From Thermotogaceae bacterium (GTDB taxonomy: Bacteria > Thermotogota > Thermotogae > B21-G9 > HyVt-16), in contig JARRBB010000002.1 of the NCBI GenBank assembly GCA_029981435.1, forward strand, positions 1,042 to 65,041: a stretch of 64,000 bases of DNA. The letters are read 5' to 3'. Shown here one piece after another: positions 47,915 through 57,547 of this stretch. Position 1 is the stretch's first letter, and the number at the start of each line of letters is the position of its first letter. A model generated the notes under the pieces. The model did not search any database, had not been told where the DNA came from, and saw nothing but the letters and a program-made list of their open reading frames with translations. Both the position numbers and the translations under genes were made by a program.

Positions 47915-49729
47915 ATGGAAAAAAGTTTTTTTGCCCCGGTTAAAGCATGGAAATTTCTATTTGAAAAACCAGTTACTATAAAAGTACCGAAAGAAAAAAG
48001 AAAGGCGAGTGAAAGGTATAGAGGTTTCCACATAAACGATTGGGACAAGTGTATAGGCTGCGGAACCTGTTCAAAAGTTTGTCCTACCGATGCAATACAG
48101 ATGGTAGAAGTTCCCGTTCTGGAAAAAAAGTTTGGTGAAAAACCTCAAAGACCCTCGATAGATTATGGACGTTGTTCATTCTGTGCAATGTGTGTTGATA
48201 TATGTACAACTGGTTCTTTGCAGATGACACGTGAATATGTTCATCTATCATCTCAACCAGAAGCCTTCATTTTCGTACCAACTGAAAAAGGAATAAAAAA
48301 TGTTGAGAACGTTGAAATAGGCTGGATAAAAGACGAAGATTCTGAATTGCTTGAACTTGAACGTGTCGAAATGGAAATGATAGAAGCAGAGGAAAGAGTG
48401 AAGTCGTTTATAGAATACGTAAAAGGTTACAGCAAAGAACAGGCAATACATGAAGCTGCAAGGTGCGTTGAGTGTGGAATATGTACTGATAGATGTCCTG
48501 AACATATGGATATCCCTGAATACATAAAATCCATCTGGCTTGATGATCTTGAAGAAGGCTTAAGATGGCTTTACAAAACAAACCCATTGTCATCTGTTTG
48601 TGGAAGAGTTTGTACCCATAGATGTGAAGAAGTATGTGCTATATCCAACAGAGGAGAGGCAGTGGCAATAAGATGGTTGAAAAGATACATAGTTGATAAT
48701 GTACCCTCTGAAGATTATATGAAGATTTTGAATTTTAATCCCAAGCCGAAAGAAGAAAGAATAGCTATCGTCGGTTCTGGACCAGCGGGACTTTCTGCGG
48801 CATATTTTCTGGCAACTATGGGATACAAAGTTGATATTTTCGAATCCTTGGCAAAACCTGGTGGTGTTATGAGATACGGTATCCCAAGGTACAGACTTCC
48901 TGATGAAGCACTCGATAAAGATATTGCTTTAATACAGGCACTTGGGGTTAGAATATTCACAAACACAACAATTGGAAAAGATATAAAGTTGGAAGAATTA
49001 AAAGAAAAATATGATGCAATTTTTGTCTCCACTGGATTCACACTTGGTCGTTCAACTGGTGTTCCTGGCACTGACCATCCTAAGGTTGTACAAGCACTTC
49101 CGTTGCTAAAAGATATAAGAGATTACTTGAGAGGCGAAGCTCCAAAGCCTGAAATACCAGAAACTCTTGTGGTAATAGGTGGAGGAAATGTTGCAATGGA
49201 TGTGGCGAGAAGTGTTGCAAGACTTCAGAAGATGGAATATGGAAAGGTCAATGTAAAACTTGCATGTCTTGAAAGAAATTTTGAAGAAATGCCAGCGGAT
49301 ATGGAAGAAATTATTGAAGGAAAAGAAGAAGGTGTAGAATTTTATCCCGGTTGGGGTCCTATAAGAATCATGATAGAAAAAGATGAAATAAAAGGTGTCG
49401 AATTTCAAAAGTGCCTGGAAGTTTTCGATTCAGATGGTAAGTTCAACCCAAAATTCGATGCTAATAACAAGATGATACTCCAAGGCGACATGGTTGTTGA
49501 AGCAATTGGACAGGCACCTGATTACTCTTATCTTCCAGAGGAAATAAAGTCTAAATTGCAATTTATAAGAGGAAGAATCCTGACAAACGAATACAGGCAA
49601 ACAGATATTCCATGGTTGTTTGCGGGAGGTGATATTGTTAACGGCCCAGATATCATACATGGCGTTGCAGATGGCTACTGGGCTGCTCGAGGTATAGATG
49701 ATTATTTATCAAGTAAAGAAAGGAGTTGA
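47915..49729 (+). CDS. fusion protein: 2x[4Fe-4S] ferredoxin (NuoI/MbhN-like) plus GltD/NfnB/SudA-like NAD(P)H-dependent FAD oxidoreductase
   Basis: Residues 1-130 carry CIGCGTCSKVCP and CSFCAMCVDICT. These are followed by RCVECGICTDRCPE and CGRVCTHRCEEVC, an FAD-binding IAIVGSGPAGLSAAYFLA and an NAD(P)H-binding VVIGGGNVAMDVARS. Confidence 0.8.
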   Translation: MEKSFFAPVKAWKFLFEKPVTIKVPKEKRKASERYRGFHINDWDKCIGCGTCSKVCPTDAIQMVEVPVLEKKFGEKPQRPSIDYGRCSFCAMCVDICTTGSLQMTREYVHLSSQPEAFIFVPTEKGIKNVENVEIGWIKDEDSELLELERVEMEMIEAEERVKSFIEYVKGYSKEQAIHEAARCVECGICTDRCPEHMDIPEYIKSIWLDDLEEGLRWLYKTNPLSSVCGRVCTHRCEEVCAISNRGEAVAIRWLKRYIVDNVPSEDYMKILNFNPKPKEERIAIVGSGPAGLSAAYFLATMGYKVDIFESLAKPGGVMRYGIPRYRLPDEALDKDIALIQALGVRIFTNTTIGKDIKLEELKEKYDAIFVSTGFTLGRSTGVPGTDHPKVVQALPLLKDIRDYLRGEAPKPEIPETLVVIGGGNVAMDVARSVARLQKMEYGKVNVKLACLERNFEEMPADMEEIIEGKEEGVEFYPGWGPIRIMIEKDEIKGVEFQKCLEVFDSDGKFNPKFDANNKMILQGDMVVEAIGQAPDYSYLPEEIKSKLQFIRGRILTNEYRQTDIPWLFAGGDIVNGPDIIHGVADGYWAARGIDDYLSSKERS

Positions 49730-49733
49730 TATC

Positions 49734-50231
49734 ATGGCTTTAAGTGATATTCTCGATATTGCTGAAAAATTTGAGATAGAAGGCTATAACTTCTATAAAT
49801 CAAAGAGAGATGAAATAAGAAGTTCCACAGCAAAAGAAACGTTTGATTTTCTTGCTAATATGGAAAAAGAACATACCGAATACATAAGAAGAGTAAAAGA
49901 AAAAATTGAAAATGTTGAAGTAGTTGAAACCAATGACTCTGAAACTACAGAAGAGTTTTTTGAAAAAAGGTTAAAATCTCAAAAGCTCGATGAATCTTTT
50001 TCGAAAGAAAACGATCTCGCTGACCTATCCATTTTAAGAATGGCGCTTTTGATTGAAAAAGATTTCGTAAATTATTACGCCAAAGCATATGAAACTACCG
50101 TTGACGAAAAGGCAAAAAAAATCTTCAAAATGTTGAAAAACTGGGAAGAACAGCATGTAAAATTGGTAGAAGAACTCATAAAAGAAATTTATGACAGAAA
50201 CAGACTTGACTTAGGTTTTTATCCTTTCTAA
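49734..50231 (+). CDS. ferritin-like/rubrerythrin-like diiron-fold protein (no rubredoxin domain)
   Basis: E-x-x-H-like helices (NMEKEHTEYI; NWEEQHVKLVEE) are present. The ATG at 49734 follows AGGAG. It is the last gene of the operon, just before a terminator. Confidence 0.55.
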   Translation: MALSDILDIAEKFEIEGYNFYKSKRDEIRSSTAKETFDFLANMEKEHTEYIRRVKEKIENVEVVETNDSETTEEFFEKRLKSQKLDESFSKENDLADLSILRMALLIEKDFVNYYAKAYETTVDEKAKKIFKMLKNWEEQHVKLVEELIKEIYDRNRLDLGFYPF

Positions 50232-50253
50232 TTTAAACCTGATTGAATATTTT

Positions 50254-50286
50254 GGCGGGCATCACGAGATGCCCGCTTTATTTTTT
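50254..50286 (+). terminator. rho-independent terminator
   Basis: The stem ggcgggcatc/gatgcccgc (loop acga) is followed by TTTATTTTTT. Confidence 0.8.
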
Positions 50287-50427
50287 ATGAATTATCTTGA
50301 GGGGTTGATTCCATATCTGTACAAGCTTGAAAAATAGATTGCCACTTTCTGTTTACTTTTTTGAAAATTTGCTTTATAATTTCTTTAATAAAGTTCGAAC
50401 TCTTTCAAATTTCAAGGAGGACTGTTT

Positions 50428-52200
50428 ATGAAAAAAATTCTTATTTTTTTGCTGCTTGTTGGCACTTTTTTTGTTATTTCTTTAATTTCAGAAGAACCCT
50501 ATATCAACTGGTTTTTAAATTCGAAATTTGAGATTGCTTCAGCGAGAATAGAGCAGATAATGGATAAAGATGGTACTTTCAAAGTTCATGAAATCATAAC
50601 CTATAATATGAGAAAACCTTTTAGAGGAGTTTATAGATATATACCACCGGAAAGATCTGTTGAAATAAGTGATATTAAAGTCTGGACAGAGGGAATAGAA
50701 ACCAAACACGTTGAACTTGAAAAAACTAACAAATCTTTCAGTGCCAGAGTATGGCTCGTACCCTTTGGCAGCAGCCAACAGCTTGATCCAAAAGAATACA
50801 GCAAGGTTGTCTTGCATGTTTCTTACACTGCAAGATATATTTTTGAAACTGGTGAAGATGTTGCCCAGGTTTTTAGACAATTCTGGGGTTCAGATTGGGA
50901 ATCACCCGTAAAAAACATTGAGGGAGTCTTTGTTTTTCCAGAAGATATAAAGCCATTGAAAATTTACACACATCCGAAAACGAAGGTGGAATCCAGTGGA
51001 AATACCTACAAAATTTCAATTTCTAAATTTCCTCCGTATTCATTCGCAGAAGCAAGGTTCATATTTAACCCTGTTAACTTGAAGTATTCTGTTAAATCGG
51101 AATTCACTATGAATGAGATCGAAAGAATAGAGCAAAGTTACTTATCAGGATATCTAATTAGAAAGATTTTACTTATAACAATATATGTTGTTTTTATTCT
51201 GATGCTGATAATGATTTACGCGTTCCTTGGAAAGGAACACAGTATATCTTATCAGGGTATCTATGAACGCGAAATTCCGTTTAGAGATTCACCAGATATT
51301 GTGAACAGCATGGTAAAAAACCTTACCGGGAAAGTTGATCAGGATGGAATGGCATCGATTATAATGAGTCTGTACAAAAAGAATTATATAGACTTCATTC
51401 AAAAAAATAAAAATAAGAGATCTATATTCATCAAAAAAGAGATCGCTGATAATGATCTCGCACATTCAGAAAAGGTGTTTTTAGAATTACTGGTGGAATT
51501 TTCAAGAGACAAAGTATTTGATTTTGAACAGTTAAAAAAAGAATTCAAAAGATCAACTACTAAAGCCCGGCGATTCACTTCGAAACTACGGAAATACGAA
51601 AATACTGTTGCAAGGGAAGTTAAAAAAAGGAAATATCTATCGAATACGGGTAATGTTCTCGCAAAGATAGTAGCCGTGATAATAATGCTTCTTGCAGTTG
51701 TTTTGAAAGAGTTCGTTCCAAAATTTCCGTACAATGATATGTACGATTTCTATTTCATAATGTCAATGATTTACTGGATAAGTGGTTCTTTTGTTTTAGT
51801 ACTTCCAAGAAGTGTCTTCGGAAGGTGGACAAAAATCGGAAGAGAATACTATTTAAAATGGAAGAATTTCGCAAAGTTTCTTACAGATTTTTCAACGCTA
51901 TCACAACATCCACCAGAATCAATCATCTTGTGGGAAGATTATTTGATCTATGCTACTGCACTTGGTATAGCTGATAAAGTTGAAAAGAACCTTAAAAAAC
52001 TCGTACCCGAGGAAATCTGGGAGCAGGAAAGTGAACATCCATACATATATTACATGCCAATGAGTTATTTAAGAAGCGAATTCTCCTCCCTTCGAAGTGT
52101 AGCAGTCTCCTCGACTTCAAGTACTTCCTCTGGTAGCGGTGGAAGCAGTGCTGGTGGAGCTGGTGGAGGTTCTGGAGGTGGAGGAGGTGGAGCATTTTAA
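50428..52200 (+). CDS. DUF2207-domain membrane protein with C-terminal Gly/Ser-rich tail
   Basis: A signal peptide, a roughly 200-aa extracytoplasmic domain and two transmembrane helices are followed by the tail SSTSSTSSGSGGSSAGGAGGGSGGGGGGAF. Confidence 0.6.
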   Translation: MKKILIFLLLVGTFFVISLISEEPYINWFLNSKFEIASARIEQIMDKDGTFKVHEIITYNMRKPFRGVYRYIPPERSVEISDIKVWTEGIETKHVELEKTNKSFSARVWLVPFGSSQQLDPKEYSKVVLHVSYTARYIFETGEDVAQVFRQFWGSDWESPVKNIEGVFVFPEDIKPLKIYTHPKTKVESSGNTYKISISKFPPYSFAEARFIFNPVNLKYSVKSEFTMNEIERIEQSYLSGYLIRKILLITIYVVFILMLIMIYAFLGKEHSISYQGIYEREIPFRDSPDIVNSMVKNLTGKVDQDGMASIIMSLYKKNYIDFIQKNKNKRSIFIKKEIADNDLAHSEKVFLELLVEFSRDKVFDFEQLKKEFKRSTTKARRFTSKLRKYENTVAREVKKRKYLSNTGNVLAKIVAVIIMLLAVVLKEFVPKFPYNDMYDFYFIMSMIYWISGSFVLVLPRSVFGRWTKIGREYYLKWKNFAKFLTDFSTLSQHPPESIILWEDYLIYATALGIADKVEKNLKKLVPEEIWEQESEHPYIYYMPMSYLRSEFSSLRSVAVSSTSSTSSGSGGSSAGGAGGGSGGGGGGAF

Positions 52201-52214
52201 AAAGAAGCCTGATT

Positions 52215-53135
52215 TTGTTTTCAGTAATCCTGATAACAAGTATTTTTATATTAATCCAGAGTTTGAGTAGAGTTGAAATAAGTTTCTATCCTCCAAAACA
52301 TTATTATGTGAATGAAATTGTAGAGATAAAAATAAGTCCGATTCGTTTAGCTTTTTCAGTAAGAGTTTTCAACGGGAACAAAATAGAGGAAAAAGTGAAA
52401 AATGGAAAACTTGATTTGTTTGTTAGAGTTTATCGAAAAACGGAGATTCTGATTTTCAGCTTGATACCTTTGAAGTTAATAAAATTCGAAATACCCTATC
52501 ATGAGGATTACACCGATGATAATTCAAATGGGTTCCCTGATGTATTAGAACTAGATTACAGTGATTCAATTAATTTCAGAAACTGGTTCCTTGAGATTTC
52601 GAAAAGTCAATTTGCAAAGAAATCAAATTTGTGGAAAGATAGGGATTGTTCTGGTTTAATAAGGTTTGCCTATAAAGAAGCCTTAAAAAAACATGATGAA
52701 AACTGGGAAAAAAACTCCGATTTCGTACATCATTCTTCTATTCAGAAACCAGATGTAAAAAAATACAATTATCCCGATATTCCACTCATCGGTACTAAGA
52801 TTTTCAAAATATTGGACTTTGAGTTCGGAGTTTTTGCTGATGCATATCATCTTTTGAAATACAACGTTGATTTTGTTTCAAAAGACTACAAAAAGGCAAA
52901 ATCGGGAGATATTCTTTTTTTCTATCATCCTTCATCTGTAGATATGCCATATCATTCGATGATATATACCGGAGATGGTTTGCTTTATCATACAGGACCT
53001 ATAGAAGATAAAGAAGGCGAATTACGTTATTTAAAGCTCGAGGATGTACTCAAAAATTTTCCTCTGGATTGGCAACCATTGCCATCGAACAACAAATTTC
53101 TCGGTTTTTTCAAATTTAAAATATTGAGTTACTGA
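52215..53135 (+). CDS. hypothetical exported protein, possibly DUF1175/YfaT-like (Cys/His-containing)
   Basis: It has an N-terminal signal anchor, and the motifs DCSGLIRFAYKEAL and YHSMIYTGDGLLYHTGP. The TTG start has no clear ribosome-binding site. The family assignment is from memory. Confidence 0.4.
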   Translation: MFSVILITSIFILIQSLSRVEISFYPPKHYYVNEIVEIKISPIRLAFSVRVFNGNKIEEKVKNGKLDLFVRVYRKTEILIFSLIPLKLIKFEIPYHEDYTDDNSNGFPDVLELDYSDSINFRNWFLEISKSQFAKKSNLWKDRDCSGLIRFAYKEALKKHDENWEKNSDFVHHSSIQKPDVKKYNYPDIPLIGTKIFKILDFEFGVFADAYHLLKYNVDFVSKDYKKAKSGDILFFYHPSSVDMPYHSMIYTGDGLLYHTGPIEDKEGELRYLKLEDVLKNFPLDWQPLPSNNKFLGFFKFKILSY

Positions 53136-53146
53136 GAGGTGAAAAT

Positions 53147-56100
53147 ATGACATTTAAGAGAGGAATATCTATATTCTTTTTCCTGTTTTTGTTTTGTACT
53201 CTTTCATATTCAAATGTTTATTTGCAATCTTTCATAACAATTCATGGAGAAGGCAGCTTTAATTTCTATCAAAGTTCTGAAAAGGCAGAAAAAGTTGAAA
53301 TGGTTATGTATAAAATCACGCTTCAAGAGATGATTAGATATTTCAAAGATGGCAAACTACCATTTTCGTGGTTTAATAAACCTTTTCTTAAAAAGATCTG
53401 GAACGTTGAAGGTAAAAAATGGAATTCAATAAGAGTGAATACCGATAAGCTGGATTATGGTATTTACATGGTCATTGTGAAATCCGATGAAGATACAGCA
53501 ATATCAATACTTTCAAAAACAAGAATCTTGGGGAAAATAATCTATCTTGAGGACTCAGCTTTTTTGAAATTTTACGACATAATAACAGGGGAATTTTTGA
53601 AAGATACCACCATTTATGCTTTGGATCAAGATGGTGAAGTTGAAGTCATTGGTAAGACTGATTCAAAAGGTGAAATTGTGATTGAAAAGGAAAACAACGA
53701 GGGTAAACTCATTTTTATAGAATATGAAGGAGCACTTTTCAGCTTTTTGGACTGGCCATATTATTTCGAAAACAATCATACCCTCTCATTTTTTACTGAT
53801 AGGCCCATATACAAACCAGGAGATACCATAAAATTCGGTGGAATCATCAGGGAAAAATCAGACAATAATCAAACCAAAGTACCTGCGGGCAAAAAAATCA
53901 GGATTGAAATAACTGATTCAAACGATAGAAAATTTTATGATAAAGAACTTCAATTAGATGATTTCGGAATTTTTGAAGATTCTTTCGAAACCTTTCAGGA
54001 GATAAAGCGCGGAAGTTATTCGGTAAAAATTACCGTCGATGATTCAAGCTTTTGGAGAACATTCAGAATCGAGGACTATGTGAAACCGAAATTCGAGGTG
54101 AAATTGTTCGGGAAAGAACGGTTCAAGGCAGAAAACTTAGCAAAGTTCAAGGTTGTTGCGAAATACTATTATGGTTCACCATTAAATAATGTTGATTTTG
54201 GATATACCGTATACATGTTGAAAAATTACGAAAAGGTTTTTTATGATAGTGGAATAGCAAGATTGAATTCAAACGGAGAAGCGGAGATACCAATTCAATT
54301 TTCTGATATTACGACTCCAACCAAGTTTGTTATTTCCGTAAAAATAAGTGATGAAAGTGGTGCAGAAGTTGAAGAAGAGAAAGAATTCACCGTCTATCCT
54401 TATGATTTCTATGTAGAATCTGAATATGACTTCTATGTGAAACTTGGAGAAAAATTTCAGCTGGATCTTTCCGTAAAAGATTTGAATTCCACTCCTGTAT
54501 CGACGGATTTGTTGATACTTATAAAGTCGGATTCGACAACATCTCTTCGAGTCTTAGCAAAGAGTGATGAAAATGGGAAGGCATTTTTCGAGTATCTTCC
54601 AAATAAATCTGGAAGATATGAGTTTGAGATCTGGACTCTGGGCGAAAAGAAAGCAAGGTTATTCAAAGGAAATTTCCTAGTCTACAAATCCTACTATCAA
54701 ACCGTTCTTAAGGAACAATTTAGAATCAATCTTCTATCCGAAAAGATAATTCCTGGAAATTTCTTAACTCTCGAGTTGTTTGCACCATTTGAAGAGTTGA
54801 GTGCGAAACTGGTTATATTTGCAGACAACTGGACGAAATTTCTGGATGTTGATTTCAAAGATGGCAAAGCGTTGATAAAGCAACTTCTGCCAGATGAGAT
54901 ACTATCCAACAATATTTCGATTTTAGTTTTTGCTGCAAAAGCCGGTAGGAAACTGGAGCTGTATCGAAGTTATGGAATTTCAAAAGAAGCACTAACATTT
55001 GAGCTTGAAATTAAAACCGACAAAGAAATCTATTTACCTGGCAAAGAAGTACAATTATCCATTGTCAGTGAGGAAAAAGAAGCCGAGTTCTTTGCTGCGA
55101 TTGTAGACAAAGCTGTTCTCGATTTAACAGGTTTAGAGAACTTCTGGTTACAAGAAATCCAGCGGATATACGATTATTATTCTGGCCGAGTTTTTAGAGA
55201 TTTTGAATCTTATTCATGGGAATTGAGAGAATTTTTTAGCTTAATGACGGATGAAAAAGCTCAAGAATTGCTTGCACAAATTAAGAGTTCAGGAGTAGCA
55301 TTGAGATCGAACTTCAACGATACTGCACTTTGGTTTCCTAAATTAAGAACAGCTAAGAATGGGAAAGCAACTGTGCGGTTTAAACTACCTGATAATCTTA
55401 CAACATGGAAAATCCTGGTGGTTGGTATAAATAAAGAAGGCAAATACGGCTACAACGATAAAGAAATAAGAACTACAAAGGATATCGTTCTAACCCCAAT
55501 ACTGCCTGAATACCTTCTGGAAAAAGATGTAGTGAACATTGGAATGATGATAAACAACAATACTGAAGAAGGACAAAATTTTGAACTATTATGCCAGGCA
55601 GATGAATATGAATTTTATGATGATTTGTTCGTTCCAGAGAATTCGCGTGGAGTAATAAATTTTGTTTACGAAGTGCCATCGAACGAATCAAAGGTTAGTT
55701 TTAAAATGATCGCAGAATCGACCTCAACAGGCTTGGGAGATGGTGTTGTCGTTTCAAGAGAAATAAAACCACTCGTATTTGTAAAAAATTCAAAAAGATC
55801 AGGTGTGCTAAACAATCAAACAAACCAAATAGATCTTCCATCTGGTAAGTTCAACGGTGTTCTTTCAATATCTTCTGATATACTTGGAATGCTTGTTGAT
55901 TCTATAGAACAGCTTGTCGGTTATCCATATGGTTGTGTTGAACAAACCATGAGTAAATTTTTACCGACAATAATATACAAAAAACTATTGAGAAAAAGCC
56001 AGAGAGATTTTGTTGTTTCAATGGCATCAGAAGAAATAGATAAAATGATAGAGAGTTCTCTAAAAAGACTTTACAGTTTTCAACACTCTGATGGTGGATG

Positions 56101-57547
56101 GGGATGGTGGAAAAACGATGATACCTCATCTTTCATGACTGCTTATGTACTCCACGGGTTTCATATAGCCATAAAAGAAGGATACAAAATAAACGAAGAT
56201 GTTTTAAAAGAGGGATTGAACGCTTTGAAAAAGCTTCTAACCGAAAAAGACGACTCTTTCTTCTATTACATGCTATATGTACTCAGTATATATGGGAAAA
56301 ATAGTTTGAAACAGATAACTTTAAAAGACATTGAAAAAGATTATGAGAAAGTACTATATCTTTTGGTGCAATTAAGAACAAGCACAGAAAAAGAACCAAT
56401 CTTCAAGAATTTACTCGAAAAGGCAGGCAACTACGATCATATAAAATTGGACGAGACTCCATATTTTCTTGATGAAGTACAACTGAACGCTTTGGTTTTA
56501 CAGGAACTTTTCAGTATTGAAAAACCAACCGATGAAATAGCAAAATTTCGCGAACTATTGACAAATTACCTTATCAATAAACGAGTAGGAAGAACCTGGA
56601 AAAACACCAAACAATCGGCTTTCTGTGTTTTAGCATTGTCTAATTTAAACCTAACTACTCAGAACGGAGTTTATGCAGAAATAAAAATCAACAGCACAGA
56701 AAAATTCAAAGGTAAAATAACGGGAATTCTTCAAATACCTGTTGAAGCAGAAAATGTGTCTATTTACATGAATACAGATGAAATTCTTTTCTGGGGTCTG
56801 GATGGTGGCATGCCGATACCACTTGAAACTTATAAACCAATTTCTTCAAAATTTGCAATGACAAGAGAAATACAGAAAAGAACAAAGGTTAAAATAGATA
56901 AACAAGATATCTCTGTTTTTGTTCCGATAAAAAATAGATTCGTTGTTGAAAGTATTGAAACAATAAAAGCACCTGTATCCGAAGCAACTGTTTCTCATTT
57001 TTATCTTAACAATATGAATTCAAATGCCTTCATACTTCCAGATGGATCACTGATTTTCAACAACGAATACACAGGGCTAAAATTAAAAGGAGGTTTGATA
57101 GAACTCGACGAAGATAGTCTGACAATTTTAGGATCAATTTTTAGAGACAATATACAATTAACTGATAAAGGCATTTACAAATTGAAATTCACGGAAAATT
57201 CTCCAATAAAAATTGGCGATATATTGAGAAGCCAGATAAAATTTTTTGGTTCGGGAGATTACATTGTGGTTGAAGACCCGATACCATCAGCAGCTATCCC
57301 AATAAGAAATTATAGAGAAAGGGTCTTGAGAAAATTTTTTACAGATGATTTCCGATATTCAGAAAAAGAATTACGAAAAGATGGAACTCTAATATTTTTA
57401 CAGAGAATGCAGAACCACGTTTTGTACAATTATTATAGAATAATGTTATCTGGTAAATTCACTATCCTCCCTGCCAAAGCATGGGAAATGTATGAACCTG
57501 AGAATTTAGTAAGTTCCGAAATTGAAACGATAGAGGTGGAATTTTGA
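53147..57547 (+). CDS. bacterial alpha-2-macroglobulin family protein with intact thioester motif (GCVEQ)
   Basis: A signal peptide precedes a 1466-aa protein with MG-domain-like beta repeats. The thioester motif GYPYGCVEQTM lies at about nt 55918-55950, and an A2M_comp-like region follows. Confidence 0.8.
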   Translation: MTFKRGISIFFFLFLFCTLSYSNVYLQSFITIHGEGSFNFYQSSEKAEKVEMVMYKITLQEMIRYFKDGKLPFSWFNKPFLKKIWNVEGKKWNSIRVNTDKLDYGIYMVIVKSDEDTAISILSKTRILGKIIYLEDSAFLKFYDIITGEFLKDTTIYALDQDGEVEVIGKTDSKGEIVIEKENNEGKLIFIEYEGALFSFLDWPYYFENNHTLSFFTDRPIYKPGDTIKFGGIIREKSDNNQTKVPAGKKIRIEITDSNDRKFYDKELQLDDFGIFEDSFETFQEIKRGSYSVKITVDDSSFWRTFRIEDYVKPKFEVKLFGKERFKAENLAKFKVVAKYYYGSPLNNVDFGYTVYMLKNYEKVFYDSGIARLNSNGEAEIPIQFSDITTPTKFVISVKISDESGAEVEEEKEFTVYPYDFYVESEYDFYVKLGEKFQLDLSVKDLNSTPVSTDLLILIKSDSTTSLRVLAKSDENGKAFFEYLPNKSGRYEFEIWTLGEKKARLFKGNFLVYKSYYQTVLKEQFRINLLSEKIIPGNFLTLELFAPFEELSAKLVIFADNWTKFLDVDFKDGKALIKQLLPDEILSNNISILVFAAKAGRKLELYRSYGISKEALTFELEIKTDKEIYLPGKEVQLSIVSEEKEAEFFAAIVDKAVLDLTGLENFWLQEIQRIYDYYSGRVFRDFESYSWELREFFSLMTDEKAQELLAQIKSSGVALRSNFNDTALWFPKLRTAKNGKATVRFKLPDNLTTWKILVVGINKEGKYGYNDKEIRTTKDIVLTPILPEYLLEKDVVNIGMMINNNTEEGQNFELLCQADEYEFYDDLFVPENSRGVINFVYEVPSNESKVSFKMIAESTSTGLGDGVVVSREIKPLVFVKNSKRSGVLNNQTNQIDLPSGKFNGVLSISSDILGMLVDSIEQLVGYPYGCVEQTMSKFLPTIIYKKLLRKSQRDFVVSMASEEIDKMIESSLKRLYSFQHSDGGWGWWKNDDTSSFMTAYVLHGFHIAIKEGYKINEDVLKEGLNALKKLLTEKDDSFFYYMLYVLSIYGKNSLKQITLKDIEKDYEKVLYLLVQLRTSTEKEPIFKNLLEKAGNYDHIKLDETPYFLDEVQLNALVLQELFSIEKPTDEIAKFRELLTNYLINKRVGRTWKNTKQSAFCVLALSNLNLTTQNGVYAEIKINSTEKFKGKITGILQIPVEAENVSIYMNTDEILFWGLDGGMPIPLETYKPISSKFAMTREIQKRTKVKIDKQDISVFVPIKNRFVVESIETIKAPVSEATVSHFYLNNMNSNAFILPDGSLIFNNEYTGLKLKGGLIELDEDSLTILGSIFRDNIQLTDKGIYKLKFTENSPIKIGDILRSQIKFFGSGDYIVVEDPIPSAAIPIRNYRERVLRKFFTDDFRYSEKELRKDGTLIFLQRMQNHVLYNYYRIMLSGKFTILPAKAWEMYEPENLVSSEIETIEVEF

